In this document: piece by piece, positions 39,049-51,090 of the stretch
How positions within the stretch are numbered: position 1 is the stretch's first letter
Layout: each line of letters opens with the position of its first letter
Origin: Octopus sinensis
Taxonomy: Eukaryota
Direction: 5' to 3'
NCBI RefSeq assembly: GCF_006345805.1
Contig: NW_021831285.1
Span: 124,001 to 188,000, forward strand
DNA length: 64,000 nt
Made by a program: the position numbers and the translations under genes
Notes under the pieces: generated by a model
Database searches by the model: none
What the model was told of the DNA's origin: nothing
Seen by the model: the letters and a program-made list of their open reading frames with translations, nothing else

Positions 39049-39788
39049 CTATTTTATGCACTTATAACTGGAGAATAAGATTAAATAATGAGTTTTCGAG
39101 GGAATTAACATAATTTCCCGGATTAATGACTTTACCCAGTGGTTCTCAAATGCGGCTTCGCAATTTATTTTTGCTGCCCCCAATTTAGTGTCAATTAGGA
39201 AACAAATACAAGAGTCGGTGCTAAGACAAAAACCTCCCTCTTTTCCCATCACTAATCCACTTCTTTCTTGACTCCGCATCCACACTTTGGAAGTCTCAAG
39301 TCGTAAGCTCTTCAGCAAATCATCACACTCAAAGATCTAACTTACAAAAAAAGCTAAAAAGGTTCGATTTTCATGTCTCGTGACGATGGATGGCATCTAC
39401 TTAACAACTTAGAAAATTTCCAAACACTTGGTTTATGTGGAAAGTCACAAAAAAGTAACAAACGTGTAATTTTTAATAACTGGCGGTTAAAATGAATTGA
39501 AACTGTCAGAGAAATCTGACAATTCAGGAGAGATTGATTGACTACAATTGTCGTGAATATCAACATTGCTTGACTGGCAGTAGGTATTCACAAGAGAGGA
39601 ATGTATGCGTGAGTATATTTTGGAATGACTGTCAGCCTAGACATCACTAATTATAAATCTCCCTTTAACATTGTCTGGACTTGTCTCTGAAAAGCAGAGT
39701 CAAAAGAAGAAATGATTATCTGAGAAACTGTCCTTGCCAAGTCTTTTAAAAGATCGGATTCATCAGATAAGGTCACATTAATTGGCAT
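39049..39788 (-). CDS. Probable multi-exon host gene, product unknown
   Basis: ATG at 39788 (MPINVTLSDESDLLKDLARTVSQ), several open coding-like segments separated by candidate short GT-AG introns, last ORF ending at 39049. The exact splicing is not resolved. Confidence 0.4.
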
Positions 39789-39995
39789 TTTTGAATACCA
39801 CAAAAATTAACAACAATTTCCCTCTCTTTGATTTATATTTTATTATAACTAGGGTAACCAGAAAAAATAAAATTTTTAATTCGAATACATCTTAAAAAGT
39901 GATCAATTTAATAATTATAAAAAAATTACTAATAAAAAAATAAATTATAATTAATAAAATATTTGTAACCACATAAATCTGTGGATATTTTTACA

Positions 39996-41805
39996 ATGAA
40001 CCACGATCTGCCATTCGAGCTCAGTCAATTATATCAAACCCCTGATATGCTCATCCAGGAAGAGGAATCTCTCCATGATAGTGTTGACTTAAGCCACATC
40101 AGTCAACAGATCCTAAAAACACTTGACAGCGAACTGGGGGACTTGGAAGAGGAATTATGTGTGCCAGATTTATCTAAATTTCACATAAATCCATCAGAAA
40201 TTTGGTAATTGACACTCATGACAAATAGGCAAAATGATGGGGAAGAATCTAAGAATGTTTTTAGCAGAGTATTTCATCCAGACACGGTATTACATGTATT
40301 TAATTATTAAAAATAAAGTTGAAGGACACTATTTGGCATCAGAGTCAAATTCACTACGATGAAAGTAGAATTTATTTCAAATAAAACGTAGAACTAACGA
40401 CACCACAAGAAAACACACAAAATAGTAGAAATCTAATAAATTCCTGCATAAATAATGAACACGAAAACATAAATAATTTAAATATATATAATTTAAACAG
40501 TAAAATGTTTTATTAATAAAAGTTCTTCAACAAAAGTACAACCAACTCGAATCTCTCTACAAAAGGCGAGGCGAGTATCTGGACGAAATAAAAAAGGACC
40601 ACGAGGATCAAAGGGACCGCCTGACCTGCCAAATTCGTGACCTCAAGCACAGAGCAATCCTGGCCGATCTTACTGTGGAAGAAAAACAAGCAGAAATAGT
40701 CAATCTCAAAAAGACACAAATCACGAGAGAGGAATTGCAGGAGCAGTCAGAAACGCTACAAAAATTGAGAAATATAAACGAGAATGTATTTGTGTGATGT
40801 GGAGTGCAGTTGAGAGAAGAACTTTCGAGGAGTCGGGACCACGTGAGGGCCCTCAATCAGGAGATTGTCCACCTCACCTCTCAGGACGCTCTTTGGAAGG
40901 TACAAAATAGCCACGAGAGCATGGTCAAGCAGCTTAAATCGGATTTTCAAGAACAATTATGCTCACTTGAACAGAAATGTGCTGATTATTTGAATCAGTT
41001 GAATATTAAAGTTGATTTGTTTCATTTATTTTTAGAATTCCGAACTGGTTAACCTGAAAGAAGAATTTGATTGTTATAGGCGCGAAAATATTGACACAAT
41101 TAATGTCCTTGTGCGTCAACTTGAGAATAAAAACGAAGGGACAAACGAAGGTGTTTTTGCATTTTTTATGAACAGAAAGCCTAAAGAGAGAAAACATATC
41201 TTTAAAGCAGTTCAATGTCGATTTACAAGTTTATTCCAAAGTTCAAAATCAATAGGAAGAAATAGCCGACCTTGCAGAGCAGTTGAATTCATACGAACAG
41301 TCCAAAGACAGTCAGAATGAGATCTCTGCTTCAAATTCGCCCAAAGACGAACAAATCTTAGCCTTGAAGGACCAAATTGAGTCAATGGAGACTGAGAGGG
41401 TTATTTATGCGAAGGAAATGGAAGAAAGGCTCAAAGAAAAGGCAAATACAGTCACATTCTTGGAACAGGAATTGATGAATTGTGCCCAGAAAATAACGAA
41501 GTAGGGTCACCTCCTCATTTTAGAGTCGAGGAGAGATTGGCAGGGTGTCTAGAGAGTGGATTGAGGCAGGAGGAGGCTCACTCAGCGGAGACTGAGACCC
41601 TCACTGAGGAGATTGGTCGATTAAAGTGGTAATGTAATTTGATTGGTGTAGAGGGTGTCTGTCCGAAAAGGGAGATGAGTTGCAGGCAGCTGAGAAGGCG
41701 TACGTCCGTCTGTCGGAGGAGGTCGGGAGAATGGAAGAGATGAAGCATGCCTACAACACTACTCTGCAGAATATTAAGAGTATTCCACCCCAGGAAATTG
41801 TCTAA
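39996..41805 (+). CDS. Coiled-coil protein, ~517 aa, CEP152/Asterless-like (name tentative)
   Basis: Ten GT-AG introns of 23-32 nt (40205-40228, 40287-40318, 40365-40391, 40500-40522, 40786-40809, 41011-41035, 41151-41175, 41229-41255, 41501-41523, 41626-41651) give one open frame. It has an acidic N-terminus, then QLESLYKRRGEYLDEI...QIRDLKH, resembling the conserved CEP152 block as I recall it. Confidence 0.8.
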
Positions 41806-41928
41806 GGAGATGTCATTCAATATGTCTTAGGGCTCACTGCTTCTTCCGATGAACCTCATTTTTTTGATAAATATAAAATGTGATTTGATTAATTATTTTT
41901 AAATAATGTGTTTTGTTTAGTTAGTGTC

Positions 41929-42182
41929 ATGTTTGGGAATAAAATACACGGTAAAGTCATATCGAATTGGCCTGGACAGAAACAGCTAGGTTTTGTTGCA
42001 TTTTTGCCACTTTTTTTCCTTGGGGGTGCCTTCATTGAGTTCACAATGATTCATTTACGGATTAATGGAATTAATTTTTGTTAGTATTTTGTATGCTCAT
42101 TGTAGACGAGGTATTCAAGCACAATCACTCTAACAAGATGGCCCTCCAGATTATTCAATCTGAAAAGTTTAACCACCAATAA
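41929..42182 (+). CDS. SMIM4: Small integral membrane protein 4 / complex III assembly factor UQCC5, 75 aa
   Basis: One 26-nt intron (42080-42105). WPGQKQLGFVAFLPLFFLGGAFIEFTMIHLRINGINFYEVF matches the SMIM4 pattern PG...G...FLP.FF......E..MI......FY.V. Confidence 0.85.
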
Positions 42183-42540
42183 AGTGTTAATTGTGTCTAT
42201 AACAATAAATTATGATGTCAACATTTTATTTAAGAGTGTCCTTGGGTAACGAACGCAGTCGCATTGCAGTAAATTTACTCTAAAAGAAAGAAATGCTGAA
42301 TATTTATCAATTGACTGTCATTAAATGCGTATTATTTATTTAAAATTATAAGCATTTGAGAATATTCAAACAATTTCTACAGCTATACAGCAGAGAAAAG
42401 TCCCCAAATTTGGAATTCCCTAGATGGCATTGCAAGAAAAGTGGCCATTAAAATCCATTCGTTTATAAGTTGAATTCAGTCTTGACTCTACAGGCGAAAG
42501 TCTTAAGCATGTTTGGTCAATGATGCATACATCACCGTTT

Positions 42541-42963
42541 TCAGGAGAAGGTGATGTTCAAAAAATTGACAAGACAAGTGATAAATATAAACGGTCTTTT
42601 AGTCTGCTGATTGTTATTCCTGTTGCTTTTGAAATTAAATATTGATGCAATTATGTATGTGACAAATATTTCTATCATCGACAGAAATGTTTGAACCAAA
42701 CAAGGAAAAAGAGAATCCAGAGAAAATGTTATAAAGTTTCCGAGTGAGAGAAATAATCTCCATACATCATGATCGGGGAGTAGGTGTGGAGCATAACCAT
42801 TTAGATAAAATGGTGTAAAACTCTCAAAAAAGGAATAAGAAAGCCGATTAATACCAAAACAAAAAAAAGTATAAAACATGTCATCCCCAGATGCTTTTAT
42901 TTTTTTGTATGCTAAAATAAATTTTATAATCCTATTTAAAAGATTAACAAAAAAATTCTCCAA
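42541..42963 (-). CDS. Hydrophobic ORF, possibly part of a multi-pass membrane protein
   Basis: 423-bp stop-free frame in AT-rich DNA with several hydrophobic segments. Family not recognised. Confidence 0.35.
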   Translation of the reverse strand: MENFFVNLLNRIIKFILAYKKIKASGDDMFYTFFCFGINRLSYSFFESFTPFYLNGYAPHLLPDHDVWRLFLSLGNFITFSLDSLFPCLVQTFLSMIEIFVTYIIASIFNFKSNRNNNQQTKRPFIFITCLVNFLNITFS

Positions 42964-43291
42964 TAAAGAATCCTTTAGGGAAAGCTAGATTGTAGCATTT
43001 ATAAAAAACCTTTAGGCTTTCTCTGGCCAATAAGCTCGAAAGACCACCAAGAGAAAATTGACCTAAAAGTCAAAAGTTCCGGTTACTCGCTTTAAGACTG
43101 AAAAAATATGGTAGCATTTATCAGTTCTCTAGCCTCTATAGAAGACATTTACCGGAGCTATTCTGAATCAATTGTTTCTAACAATTTTCGGAGAATACTT
43201 CTCTTCTTAGACAAACAACTTCTTTAAAATAGCCCAAACTTTTAAAAAATATCCACTGAACCTCTGGTTTTCTTCAAAGTCAAAAAACAAA

Positions 43292-43959
43292 ATGCTGGAG
43301 TTGAGCAAAGATGAGATTTTGTCTTTATCCCGTAAAAATCAAGAGTTTACAGCAGAAATACACCACCGATTGCATGAAATTTCTGAACGGCAAAAAACAC
43401 TCGCTTTAGTTTAAAAGGAAATTAAGAAAATAAAAGCCTGATCTAAGGTCCTTATGAAACTTCATAGGAAAAAAGATGAAAAAGATGTCGATTTTAACCT
43501 CAACGTCCTTTTTGGGTTGATATTGACGGACTCCCTACTGAGAAGCAAACAGGTTTTCCGTTCAGCTCTAATCACGAGGAAATGATACACACATTTGGTC
43601 ATGATTGCTACGCCACCATGCTTCTTGGAAGTGTTAAAATCTTTCCTGAAAAAACAGTCTATCCTTTTCATAACTTGCGTCTTGTTTGGCAACGTGCATA
43701 AGAAATCAGGACGTTACAATCAGGAGAATGTCGTCTGATCGAAGAAAAGTCTTAGTAATGTTTCCTTTTGATATGGACTTCATGGACTTCATAGACACGG
43801 TTTCGTTTCTCTGGAGAAGACTTTTCTTGTAATTTAGAAAAATATGTAGGATCATATTGGTGCCTTGGCGCTAAAAAAGAAGAGCGAACGGTCCATCATT
43901 CAGCAACTTTTAATTCTGATGAATCTGTTCTTTGGCAAGGAATCGCTTTCTGGCTTTAA
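43292..43959 (+). pseudogene. Bacterial-type M20D amidohydrolase (HipO/ILR1/YxeP-like) pseudogene with a large internal deletion
   Basis: In order: HHRLHEI; NVLF-VDIDGLPTEKQTGFPFSSNHEEMIHTFGHDCYATMLLGSVKI; LRLVWQRA*E; LIEE...YGLH; then directly SGEDFS...HHSATFNSDESVLWQGIAFW. Contains stops and frameshifts; no introns seen. Confidence 0.85.
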
Positions 43960-44669
43960 TCACAACTACAGAAAACTCTGAAGAGCGTCCGCCGATTAAT
44001 AAAGACCGCACTGAGCTTATGGCTTATACCTAAAAGGATATTCTGACTTTAAATTGTGATTAAGCCTTTGGAAACCCATTCATAATTTTTCCTAAATGAT
44101 TCTGTGCCCTCTAACCCTTTAAAACTGTTAACGTGATGGCACAATCAAATGAGTTGATCTTTGAACCCACTTTTGAGAATCAGAAATCTCTTCCAAATAA
44201 AATCCACATCATCTGAGTATGCCGCTACATTGATCTTTCTGGAGTTGGAGTTATTTCCAACTCCAATTCCTAAGATGGCTAGTAAATGCTGCAATTCTGT
44301 TGCTTTCCGATTTAAACAGTTTTTAAAAGTGGGCAGCAATTGATTCTGATCTTCGGATTTCTTCATAAGACCATTTCCTGGATAGGCTGCAATCAAAGCA
44401 CTCTCTGGTTCTATATACTCTAATATAATTTCTGGTCTTTTCATAGCAGTGTAAAAACGCACAAAATTTTCTTCCATACTTGCTGCAACCAATCCTGTTG
44501 AGATTTCTCCTCGTGTGCAAAAAGTTTCAAGGGTATGAATGGCCCCAATCAAATTTTTCATTTTTATTTCGCTTAAATAAACAAAATAAGTCGAACTTTT
44601 GTACCAGGCCCTGATAAAAGCTAAGAGAAGGTATGGTAAAAGGATTGACTAAACTCAGCAATATCTTCC

Positions 44670-45138
44670 TATTCCTACACGTGCCACACACGACCTTCTG
44701 TACCAACGATTTCCAGCTTCCGCGGTTTTAGGCCAGTATCCGAAGTTCGTCAAGATCATCACAGGTCTTCAGGGTTTTCTTTAAAAGCCTCAAGTCGTCT
44801 TGCAGTACAACCGGTAGGGTTGTTCTGGGTCGTCCTCGGAATTTTAGGTCATCTGATAGGAAGTATTCTTCCATGGTCACGTAGGGCGTTGAAATTGGAT
44901 CCATCCTCAAGATGTGTCCAAATAACCTCCAGCGGCCATTGACGATGTCCCGGCTAATTGGCCCCGAGATCTTGTAAATAGTCGAGTTGCTGATTTTCTT
45001 CGACCAGTGTAGGCAGTTCAGGGAACGAAGCTGGTTTCTGTAGAAAGAATCGAGGTTCTTTAAATCTAAATCAGAAATGCCCAATGCTGAGGAGTTGTAG
45101 AGTAGTACAGGTTGACGAAAGCGTTGTAGACTCTAGAG
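44670..45138 (-). mobile_element. Decayed RTE 3' fragment
   Basis: YNAFV, LDSFYRNQLRSL, RWRLFGHILRMD, FRGRPRTTLP. Confidence 0.85.
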
Positions 45139-46028
45139 CAGGGGTGCGCAAGCTTTTCGGGTTTGCGGCCGCATAGCATTTTTTTTCCTTCTCTTCTACG
45201 GCCGCACATTTTCTGCATTATTTTTTCGATATTAATATAGTAATTTTTTTTAATTATTACAAGTGACCGCATAAGTTGCCCATTGTCATCGAGACCGAAT
45301 GAGTTCTTGGACAGGAAATGCTCTCGTTCATCAGGGACATCATATTATTAAAATAAATAATTATTTCATGGACAAAAGATAAGAAAGAAGGAAAATTAAT
45401 TAAAAGAAATGTATTATACAAGTTATTCTAATGAAGGCCAGGATCTTTAGTATTTTTTGTGAGCTTATTGAAATCCACTGGTAGGATAGATATCATTATG
45501 CGCAAACATGACTCTAAGTTTGCATCCGTTATCCGAGATCTATATTGACTTTTTAAATATTTCATTTTGCTGAATTGTGTCACGTGAAAGTGGAATTGCT
45601 TCAAAGTTATGCTCCTTGTCGGGATCAATGCATTTAACTGATTCCATGATACATCTTTTCACAAGTTCGCCGTCTGAAAAAGGTTTTCCAGCAGATCCAA
45701 GGATATGAGCAACTCGAAAGGATGCTTCAACTCTTGCATTTGCCACATTTAAAAAAGTTTTTAAACATTTTTTTGTTGTCTTAATTTGTATTTCAAATTT
45801 TCGACGGAATCTTCTCTTGAACACTTGGACTTGACAACTAGGTGGTCTAAATGTCTTTGAAAATATTGTTTAGCATTGTCCCGTTTTATAGTTTTCACAA
45901 TCTCATGGCACAATAAGCATTGCATGCTATTGTTGTCTGTTTCGACTACGAAGTATTCACTTTCCCAGTTGATATTAAATTTTCTTTTTTCTTCATTCAA
46001 AGAACGTCGTCTTTTAACAGGTAATGAC
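45139..46028 (-). mobile_element. Internally deleted SPIN-like hAT
   Basis: TIR CAGGGGTGCGCAAGC preceded by CTCTAGAG. Motifs RKFNINWESEYF, CLLC, KPFSDGELVK, KYLKSQYRSRIT. The start codon region is split by the next element. Confidence 0.85.
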
Positions 46029-47588
46029 TAGGGCAACCGAAAGTCAACAAAGTCAACTTGAGTTTTTTGTTTAATTATAGTGTTAAAATGATATTAGTCA
46101 AATTATTTCGATAAAAAAATGTATATATAAAAAGTTATAAAAGCAACAAAGTCAATTTTCTACTCTTACCGTCAACTTTTATTTTATTGAGCAACTTTTT
46201 TACTCTTATTGTCAACTTTAATTTTATTGAGTAATAAAAATTTATAATAACATTTTTTTTAATATTAATATAATTTCATAGTGCACGTTTCTTCGGTTTT
46301 TGTTGACTGCTTTTTTACAATACCTAAAAACAGGAGTTCCAACACTAAGCGAATTTCTTCTATTGTTAAAAAATATCCTAAGGAGTTTTCATCTTCACTG
46401 GATGGAAAATTATTCTGCAAATTATGTAATTCCTACGTAACTGCAATAAGTAATGGTTTATTGATAAGCACATACATTCTATAAAGCATATTCTGAGAAT
46501 CCCAGATACGAATAATACTTTGGATACTCATAGTAAAAATGAGGTTATTGCTGATTGTTTTGCCGTGGATCTTGAAAATGCATTTTTATCAGCAAATATT
46601 CTACTTCATAAGTTACGAAATACATCAATTATTGATTTTTTTAACAAATATGGACATTCTGTTCCTTCGGAAACCAAATGCAGAGACATTGTTACATTTC
46701 TTGGTGAAAGGATGGTTTCACAAATTATTAACACAGTTTCAAATGAACAAATTGTTTTAATGATTGACGAAAGTGATTTTGGAAAAAAAAAGTATATTAA
46801 TTGTCTTGTTGGAACGTTAAAAAATCCACAAGAATATTTTTTAATTGATTGTATTGCAATTAATACAGCTCCCAATTCCGCGATTATATGTCAAATTATT
46901 GATGACGTCATTTGCAAACTCAATGTTGATAGGAAAATTTTTATTTACTTATTTCTGATGCTGCTTCATATATGGTTTCTTCTGGAAAAGTATTAAAGCA
47001 ATTATATTCAAATCTATTTCATTTCACTTGTGTGGCACATTTATTACATAATTGTGCCTTCAGAATTAAATCACATTATCCAGAGGTAGATAAATTAATA
47101 TCGTGCGTCAAAGCACTTGTTGTCAAAAATAATTCACGACGTCAATTATTTACAGAAATTGGATATCCACCCGAGCCCATTGTAACTAGATGGGGCAGTT
47201 GGCTAAATGCTGCTGACTATTATGTAAAAAATTTAACACAAATCATCAATATTTGTAATGGTATAGAAGAGGAATCTTTATTGATACAAAGAGCAAAGGA
47301 ATCCGTTATGAATGAATTTCTTCATACGAATTTAGAAGACATAAGCCGGCAATATCATTTATTAACAGATATTTTAATGGAAATTGAATCTAATAAATTC
47401 ACATTCATTGAATTTCCTACCTGAAAATGTTAAATATTATTTAATGTTGTGCTTTAATAAATAAATTTTTGTTTCTTAGGGCAACTTTTTATGCATATTA
47501 TGTCAACTTTTTTTATTTTTTAAAGCAATTTAGTTGACTTTTAAGGTCAATTTTTTACATTTTTAAGAGCAACTTTCCGGTTGCCCTA
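46029..47588 (+). mobile_element. TAGGG-type hAT (CGGBP1-like N-terminus, DUF659-like transposase)
   Basis: TIR TAGGGCAACCG at both ends. TSD GTAATGAC at 46021-46028 and 47589-47596. Motifs DGKLFCKLC, LMIDES, SDAASYM (frameshifted), CVAHLLHN, TRWGSW. Confidence 0.92.
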
Positions 47589-47599
47589 GTAATGACATA

Positions 47600-48158
47600 A
47601 ATAAATAAAGCCGTTTATGATAATTACTTTTAAAAACCTTTTTAAAGCTGGAGAGAAAATGAAAAAACGTCGTAAGTGGAAATATGACGCAGAAGACATT
47701 GAAATTGGAGATACAGTGCTGCTGAAACACGACAGGGATGATAACCCTGGTAACCGGAGATACCCATTATATGACGAACTGGATATAAATAAGTACACAG
47801 TTTCAGAAAAATTTGAAACTACGTGTACTATTAATAAAGATAATGGAGAATCAGTATCCACCGTTCATTTTAGTAGATTAAAAAAAATTTGATTAAAATT
47901 TTGATTTTTTTTAAAAGAATTAATTCTTATTTTTTATTGACTCCCACTAAACAAATAAAATTTTAATTATTTTAAAAATGTAAAGCACAAATGAATGATG
48001 TGTGATTTATGCAACAGGCAGAAATATAAAAACTAATAAAAAAGAAGAAAATCAAAGTTAATTATATTTTCTGATGATTTTTAGATTATATTTATATTTT
48101 TTTGGTAGTTTTTTCGATGGTGGGTTATCCAACCCGGTGGGCTATAAAACCGGTGACA
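47600..48158 (+). mobile_element. Ginger-like element 3' end (integrase C-terminal domain)
   Basis: IEIGDTVLLKHD...RRYPLY...VHFSRLKKI. Terminus ...AAAACCGGTGACA, i.e. a TGT-type end as in Ginger elements. Confidence 0.55.
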
Positions 48159-48297
48159 TAGTATACCAATAGAAAGGACAGATATTTTTGATCCGTTGGA
48201 TATTGAAGAATTTCTTGCATATGAATATGCAGAAAATGATATAATAGAAGAGATGGACAATGGCGGAAACATTGAAAATGAAAATGATGAAAATATA

Positions 48298-50883
48298 CAC
48301 TCCTCGCCAAAAAAAATGATTCAAAATTCATATTTAGTTTTTCTTTGAAAATCTTATAAATATTCTAATTTCAAAAAACTTAGTAGATTAGTTGTAATTA
48401 TTATGATTTAATTTTAATAAAATATTTGCTAATTACATTAATTTGGAAAAATTAAAAGCACAACACACAATATGTTAGTATATGTCAGTGACAAAAAAAA
48501 TGATTCAAAATTAAAAACTTTGTAATTAATATCTGGTATTTCCTCCTTTTGCCATAAAAATATCCCAACAACGTTTTTTCATAGATAAAACAAGTTTTTC
48601 AATATAATATTTAGGAATATTTTCCCAAATATGAAGAAGTTCCTGCTTTAATTCTTCAGCATTTTTCAAATTAATTTTACTGAGTTCCGCTTTTATATGA
48701 GCCCATAAATGCTCAATTGGATTTAGATCAGGTGACTGGGATGGCCAGTCTAGTGTTTTTATATTTTCTTTATCAAAATAATTCATGATTAACTTCGCTG
48801 TATGACACGGTGCATTATCCTGTTGAAAAACAAAGTCATTAAGTCCCATTTTTGCAACTGATCTCGGTAGGCTGTTGACTAAAAGATTTAAATATTTTGC
48901 AGAATTCAATGTTCCGTCAACAAAAACTAATTCTCCGACGCCGTTAAAAGAAAAACATCCCCCATATCATGATTTTCCCTATTTTTTGTTTTCAAGCCAA
49001 ATCAACCTGTTCCAAATTTCACTGTTGTTGAAATATTTTTGGAATTAAGTTGTTCACCGCTCTTCCTATATACTATTTTTCGAGTTTTGTTTGGATTGGC
49101 GTAAAAAATGCATTCATCTGAGAAAATTGTGGTTTTCCATTTTTCATCAGAAATGGCAAGAAATCTTTTCGTTATTTCTAATCTTTTTTTAGTGTGTCTT
49201 ATATTCAAAAATGGCTTATTTTTGTGCGATTCGTCCAAATATACCATTTTCATTAAGATTTCTTATAACTGTTCTTGAGAAAATTGCTTTATTGGTTAGT
49301 TTCGTCATTTCACTTGAGATCTCTTTAGATGTTTTTGTTGGATTTTCTTCAGAATACTTTATCAATTCTTTCAAATCATTTTTATCAAGTATTTTTGGGC
49401 TTCCAGATTTAGGACAGGAAGATCCACCGCCGATGCTGTCTGGGCCCACAAGTGGTACTGCGCTATCACCCAGAGATACAAAAGTGCAACAACAGTCCTG
49501 GGAATAGACCTGTCTAGGGCCTTTGACACGGTACGCCGTGGTCTACTCCTCAAAATACTGGAACAATTCCTGGACCCTGACTCTGTCAATATGATAAGAG
49601 TACTACTATCGAACACAAAGCTCAAGGTGCGGGTCGGCACGGCGTTTTCCCGTGAATTCACGTGCAACGTCGGTACCCCTCAGGGAGACGCCCTCTCGCC
49701 GTTGCTATTCGTGATCTATCTGGAGACGGCACTACGAGACCTTCGAAAATTCTATGCTGGCAATATCGTCGAAATTGTATATGCAGATGACGTCGACTTC
49801 GTGTCAGACGACAAATCGGCCTTACTTCGACTCCTTGAAGTGGCACCTGCTGAGCTGAACAGATGGTTCCTTAAAATGAACGTTGGAAAAACCGACATCG
49901 TTGAAATCATGAGGATGGAGAGCAGCTCAAGTGAAGCCTGGCGCAAAACGAACAAACTCGGTTCTCTACTTGGGGACGGCCATGATATTGTCAGAAGAAA
50001 GGCTCTCGCTTGGGCCACGATGAACAAGATAAAGAAAGAGTGGATCGGCAAACGACGACTCTGTACGTCACTTCGTCTGAGGATGTATGAAGCCTTTGTC
50101 AAACCAATCCTGACATATAATTCGGCGACCTGGGGAATGTCTAGTACTGAACAACGTGGACTCGATTCTTTTCACCGCAGACAACTTAGATCCCTACTGG
50201 GATTGAACTGGCCTATAAGAATCAACCAGGAATCGCTATACAATAGATGCAGAACTGGCCCTCTGAGTGTGGAAATCGTCAATATGCGGTGGAGGTTATT
50301 TGGCCATATTCTACGAATGGACATGCTTGCCCCAGCTAACATAGCAATGGAGGGCTACTTCCTGAAAGAGGGATCGAGCTTCCGTGGACGTCCACGTGTT
50401 ACGCTGCCGGAAACACTTGACGGAGACCTGAAATGTGTGAAGAAAAGGCTAAGGAGTGGTGAGGATCTGGACGAGCTGAGGAAACTCGCTCACGACAGAG
50501 GAGGTTGGAGGAGGCTGGTTCAAAGGATTGTTTTTAATGCTGCACGAGTAAAATTATAACTAATATGATTCTACGTATGTTGCAAATAATAATAATAAAG
50601 TCATCCATATGCTTTTTCCTAAAATAGAGATATTAAATCATATAAAAAAAGATATTTGTATAGATAATATTTTTGAATCATTTTTTTTGTCACTGACATA
50701 TACTAACATATTGTGTGTCATGCTTTTAATTTTTCCAAATTAATTCAATTAACAAATATTTTATTAAAATTAAATAATAATAATTACAACTAATCTACTA
50801 AGTTTTTTGAAATTAGAATATTTATAAGATTTTCAAAGAAAAACTAAATATGAATTTTGAATCATTTTTTTTGGCGAGGAGTG
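48298..50883 (-). mobile_element. Tc1 (DD34E-type) transposon with ~213-bp IR/DR-type TIRs, a 28-nt intron and a nested RTE
   Basis: TA on both flanks. TIRs at 48298-48510 and 50671-50883. Motifs IFSDE, VKFGT|GKIMIW, FQQDNAPCH, WPSQSPDLNPIEHLW. Intron at 48979-49006. Confidence 0.95.
49406..50599 (+). mobile_element. 5'-truncated RTE copy, nearly identical to 33395-34584
   Basis: Intact 322-aa ORF 49591-50559 and (TAA)n tail. The 5' junction has GATTT microhomology with the Tc1 target. Confidence 0.95.
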
Positions 50884-50949
50884 TAAATCATGAGAAAGAA
50901 ATTAACAAACATGACATTGAGGTCATGTTAAGTTACATCAAGAGCAGTG

Positions 50950-51090
50950 TAGTCATTGACATTTTAATAAGATTTTTTATGTTAATAAAAATACTTTTTT
51001 GTTAATCAAAGTTTTATTAAAGGCAATGGGCCTGAGATTTTATATGACCCTGAAAATGGGCCTCAGGGAAAAAAAGGTTGAGAAACACTG
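50950..51090. mobile_element. Solo hAT terminus
   Basis: Ends GGTTGAGAAACACTG (reverse complement CAGTGTTTCTCAACC) with GGGCC subterminal motifs. Confidence 0.6.

Noticed and set aside
41241-41255. Premature TAG, or a 15-nt intron, in the CEP152-like gene
   Set aside because: A 27-nt GT-AG intron (41229-41255) of typical size removes the stop in frame.
43462-43692. Minus-strand ORF with KHGGVAI as a LINE endonuclease fragment
   Set aside because: The plus strand carries many ordered M20D motifs; this ORF is its antisense shadow.
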